From: an uncultured Lachnospiraceae bacterium
GTDB lineage: Bacteria; Bacillota; Clostridia; Lachnospirales; Lachnospiraceae
Assembly (NCBI GenBank): GCA_964595855.1
Contig: CAZQTM010000003.1
Coordinates: 1-30,150 of the forward strand
Length of the DNA stretch: 30,150 bases
Reading direction: 5' to 3'
The first letter of the stretch is position 1. Every line of letters begins with the position of its first letter. A model generated the notes under the pieces. It did not search any database, was not told the DNA's origin, and saw only the letters and a program-made list of their open reading frames with translations. The position numbers and the translations under genes are program-made. Positions 29,174 through 30,150 of this stretch are shown piece by piece.

Positions 29174-30055
29174 TTGCATCAATATTTGAGAGCAATAGGA
29201 TTTAGTGAGATTAAAAGTAAAAAACAGTTAAAGATCGTTTTGGATCAGGTTGTTTCCGGTGCGGATGATAAAGCATTTTTCGAAAAAGCTCCGGATTGTG
29301 TCATTGCACAATACAACATGGAGTTTGCCGATGCAATTGGTTTATCAGTTAGAGGCGAATTTGATGAAAACGATGTGTTCACATACGAATTTTGTTATCC
29401 TTATTGTAAGGGTATCCATGTCAGTACAGAGGAGGATGTTACTGTAGAGAGACATGCAGAAAAAGAATCATATGCCGGTGTATGTGATGATATTAGAGTA
29501 GGTGTTTCCTTAATTTTCTATTTACAAAATGTTCTTGAATATATGAAGATTAAGGCAGCAAATCGTCTTCCACAACAAAATACTTCTGTGACTCTTTCCG
29601 GATTATCTCTTCAAGGAAAGATTATGCTTCCGATTAATAAAAATGAAAAGGAAAAACAAAAGGTACAGAAGGCAGCTAATAACCGGAAACATTTAATTGC
29701 AGCAGCACGTCAGGGTGATGAAGAAGCGATAGAAAGTCTAACGCTGGAAGATATTGATACGTATACAATGATTTCCAGAAAGATATTAAAAGAAGATGTT
29801 TTTACATTAGTGGATTCCTATTTCATGCCATATGGAGTAGAATGTGATCAATACTCTATACTCGGAGAAATCGAAGATTTTGAATTAGTAGAAAATTCAT
29901 TGACCGGGGAAGAAATTTATGTTATTACTTTAAATTGTAATGAATTATTGTTTGATATCTGTATCAATAAACTGGATATGCTTGGAGAACCACAGATAGG
30001 TAGAAGGTTTAAGGGTACGGTATGGCTGCAGGGAAGGATTAATTTTTCCGTATAA
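29174..30055 (+). CDS. DUF3881-family protein
   Basis: TTG start after GAGGTGG. N-terminal YLRAIGFS, AARQGDEEAIESLT and C-terminal GEPQIGRRFKGTVWLQG, which I recognise as DUF3881. Confidence 0.8.
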   Translation: MHQYLRAIGFSEIKSKKQLKIVLDQVVSGADDKAFFEKAPDCVIAQYNMEFADAIGLSVRGEFDENDVFTYEFCYPYCKGIHVSTEEDVTVERHAEKESYAGVCDDIRVGVSLIFYLQNVLEYMKIKAANRLPQQNTSVTLSGLSLQGKIMLPINKNEKEKQKVQKAANNRKHLIAAARQGDEEAIESLTLEDIDTYTMISRKILKEDVFTLVDSYFMPYGVECDQYSILGEIEDFELVENSLTGEEIYVITLNCNELLFDICINKLDMLGEPQIGRRFKGTVWLQGRINFSV

Positions 30056-30064
30056 GCAGTATTG

Positions 30065-30136
30065 GCTTCCATAGTTAAATGGATATAACAAGCCCCTCCT
30101 AAGGGCTAGTTGTAGGTTCGATTCCTACTGGGAGCA
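30065..30136 (+). tRNA. tRNA-Arg(CCT)
   Basis: Cloverleaf: GCTTCCA/TGGGAGC acceptor stem, GTTA/TAAC D-stem, AGCCC-CTCCTAA-GGGCT anticodon arm, GTAGG-TTCGATT-CCTAC T-arm. CCA is not encoded. Confidence 0.97.
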
Positions 30137-30150
30137 TGATAGAATGATTG

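Noticed and set aside
15521-29447. Short shadow ORFs over dnaA, mnmE/mnmG, rsmG, the two-component pair, parB, DUF4446, HD-GYP and DUF3881 (e.g. 21261-21557, 27063-27398, 27407-27781, 28512-28907)
   Set aside because: They are antisense or out of frame to conserved genes and have no independent support.

Overview
Replication-origin region of a low-GC Firmicute chromosome. Gene order and protein styles suggest Clostridia, probably Lachnospiraceae (inference). Left of the origin, on the minus strand: dnaA, dnaN, yaaA, recF, gyrB, gyrA, a two-subunit Fe-S fumarate hydratase, plsC, two tandem YfhO-family membrane glycosyltransferases separated by tRNA-Ser(GCT), and the tandem promoters and leader of an rRNA operon that runs off the left edge. 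Right of the origin, on the plus strand: rpmH (missed by the ORF track), rnpA, yidD, yidC, jag, mnmE, mnmG, rsmG, a soluble DegS/DegU-like two-component pair where noc usually sits, two parS sites, soj/parA, spo0J/parB, DUF4446, an HD-GYP protein, DUF3881 and tRNA-Arg(CCT). A bipartite oriC with DnaA boxes and seven DnaA-trios flanks dnaA. I see no mobile element, CRISPR array or defence system; this is mostly core genome. The most interesting observations are: (1) YidC lacks the conserved TM1 groove arginine (Tyr52) but has an arginine in the last TM (Arg346), which looks like a naturally relocated charge; (2) a structured ~65-nt element lies between the two rRNA promoters and may be an sRNA or attenuator; (3) both yfhO stop codons sit inside the TTGACA -35 box of the downstream stable-RNA promoter; (4) the DegS/DegU-like pair is next to parS/parAB; (5) the HD-GYP protein has lost substrate-binding motifs; (6) a 17-bp direct repeat is built into the gyrA terminator upstream of fumarase.
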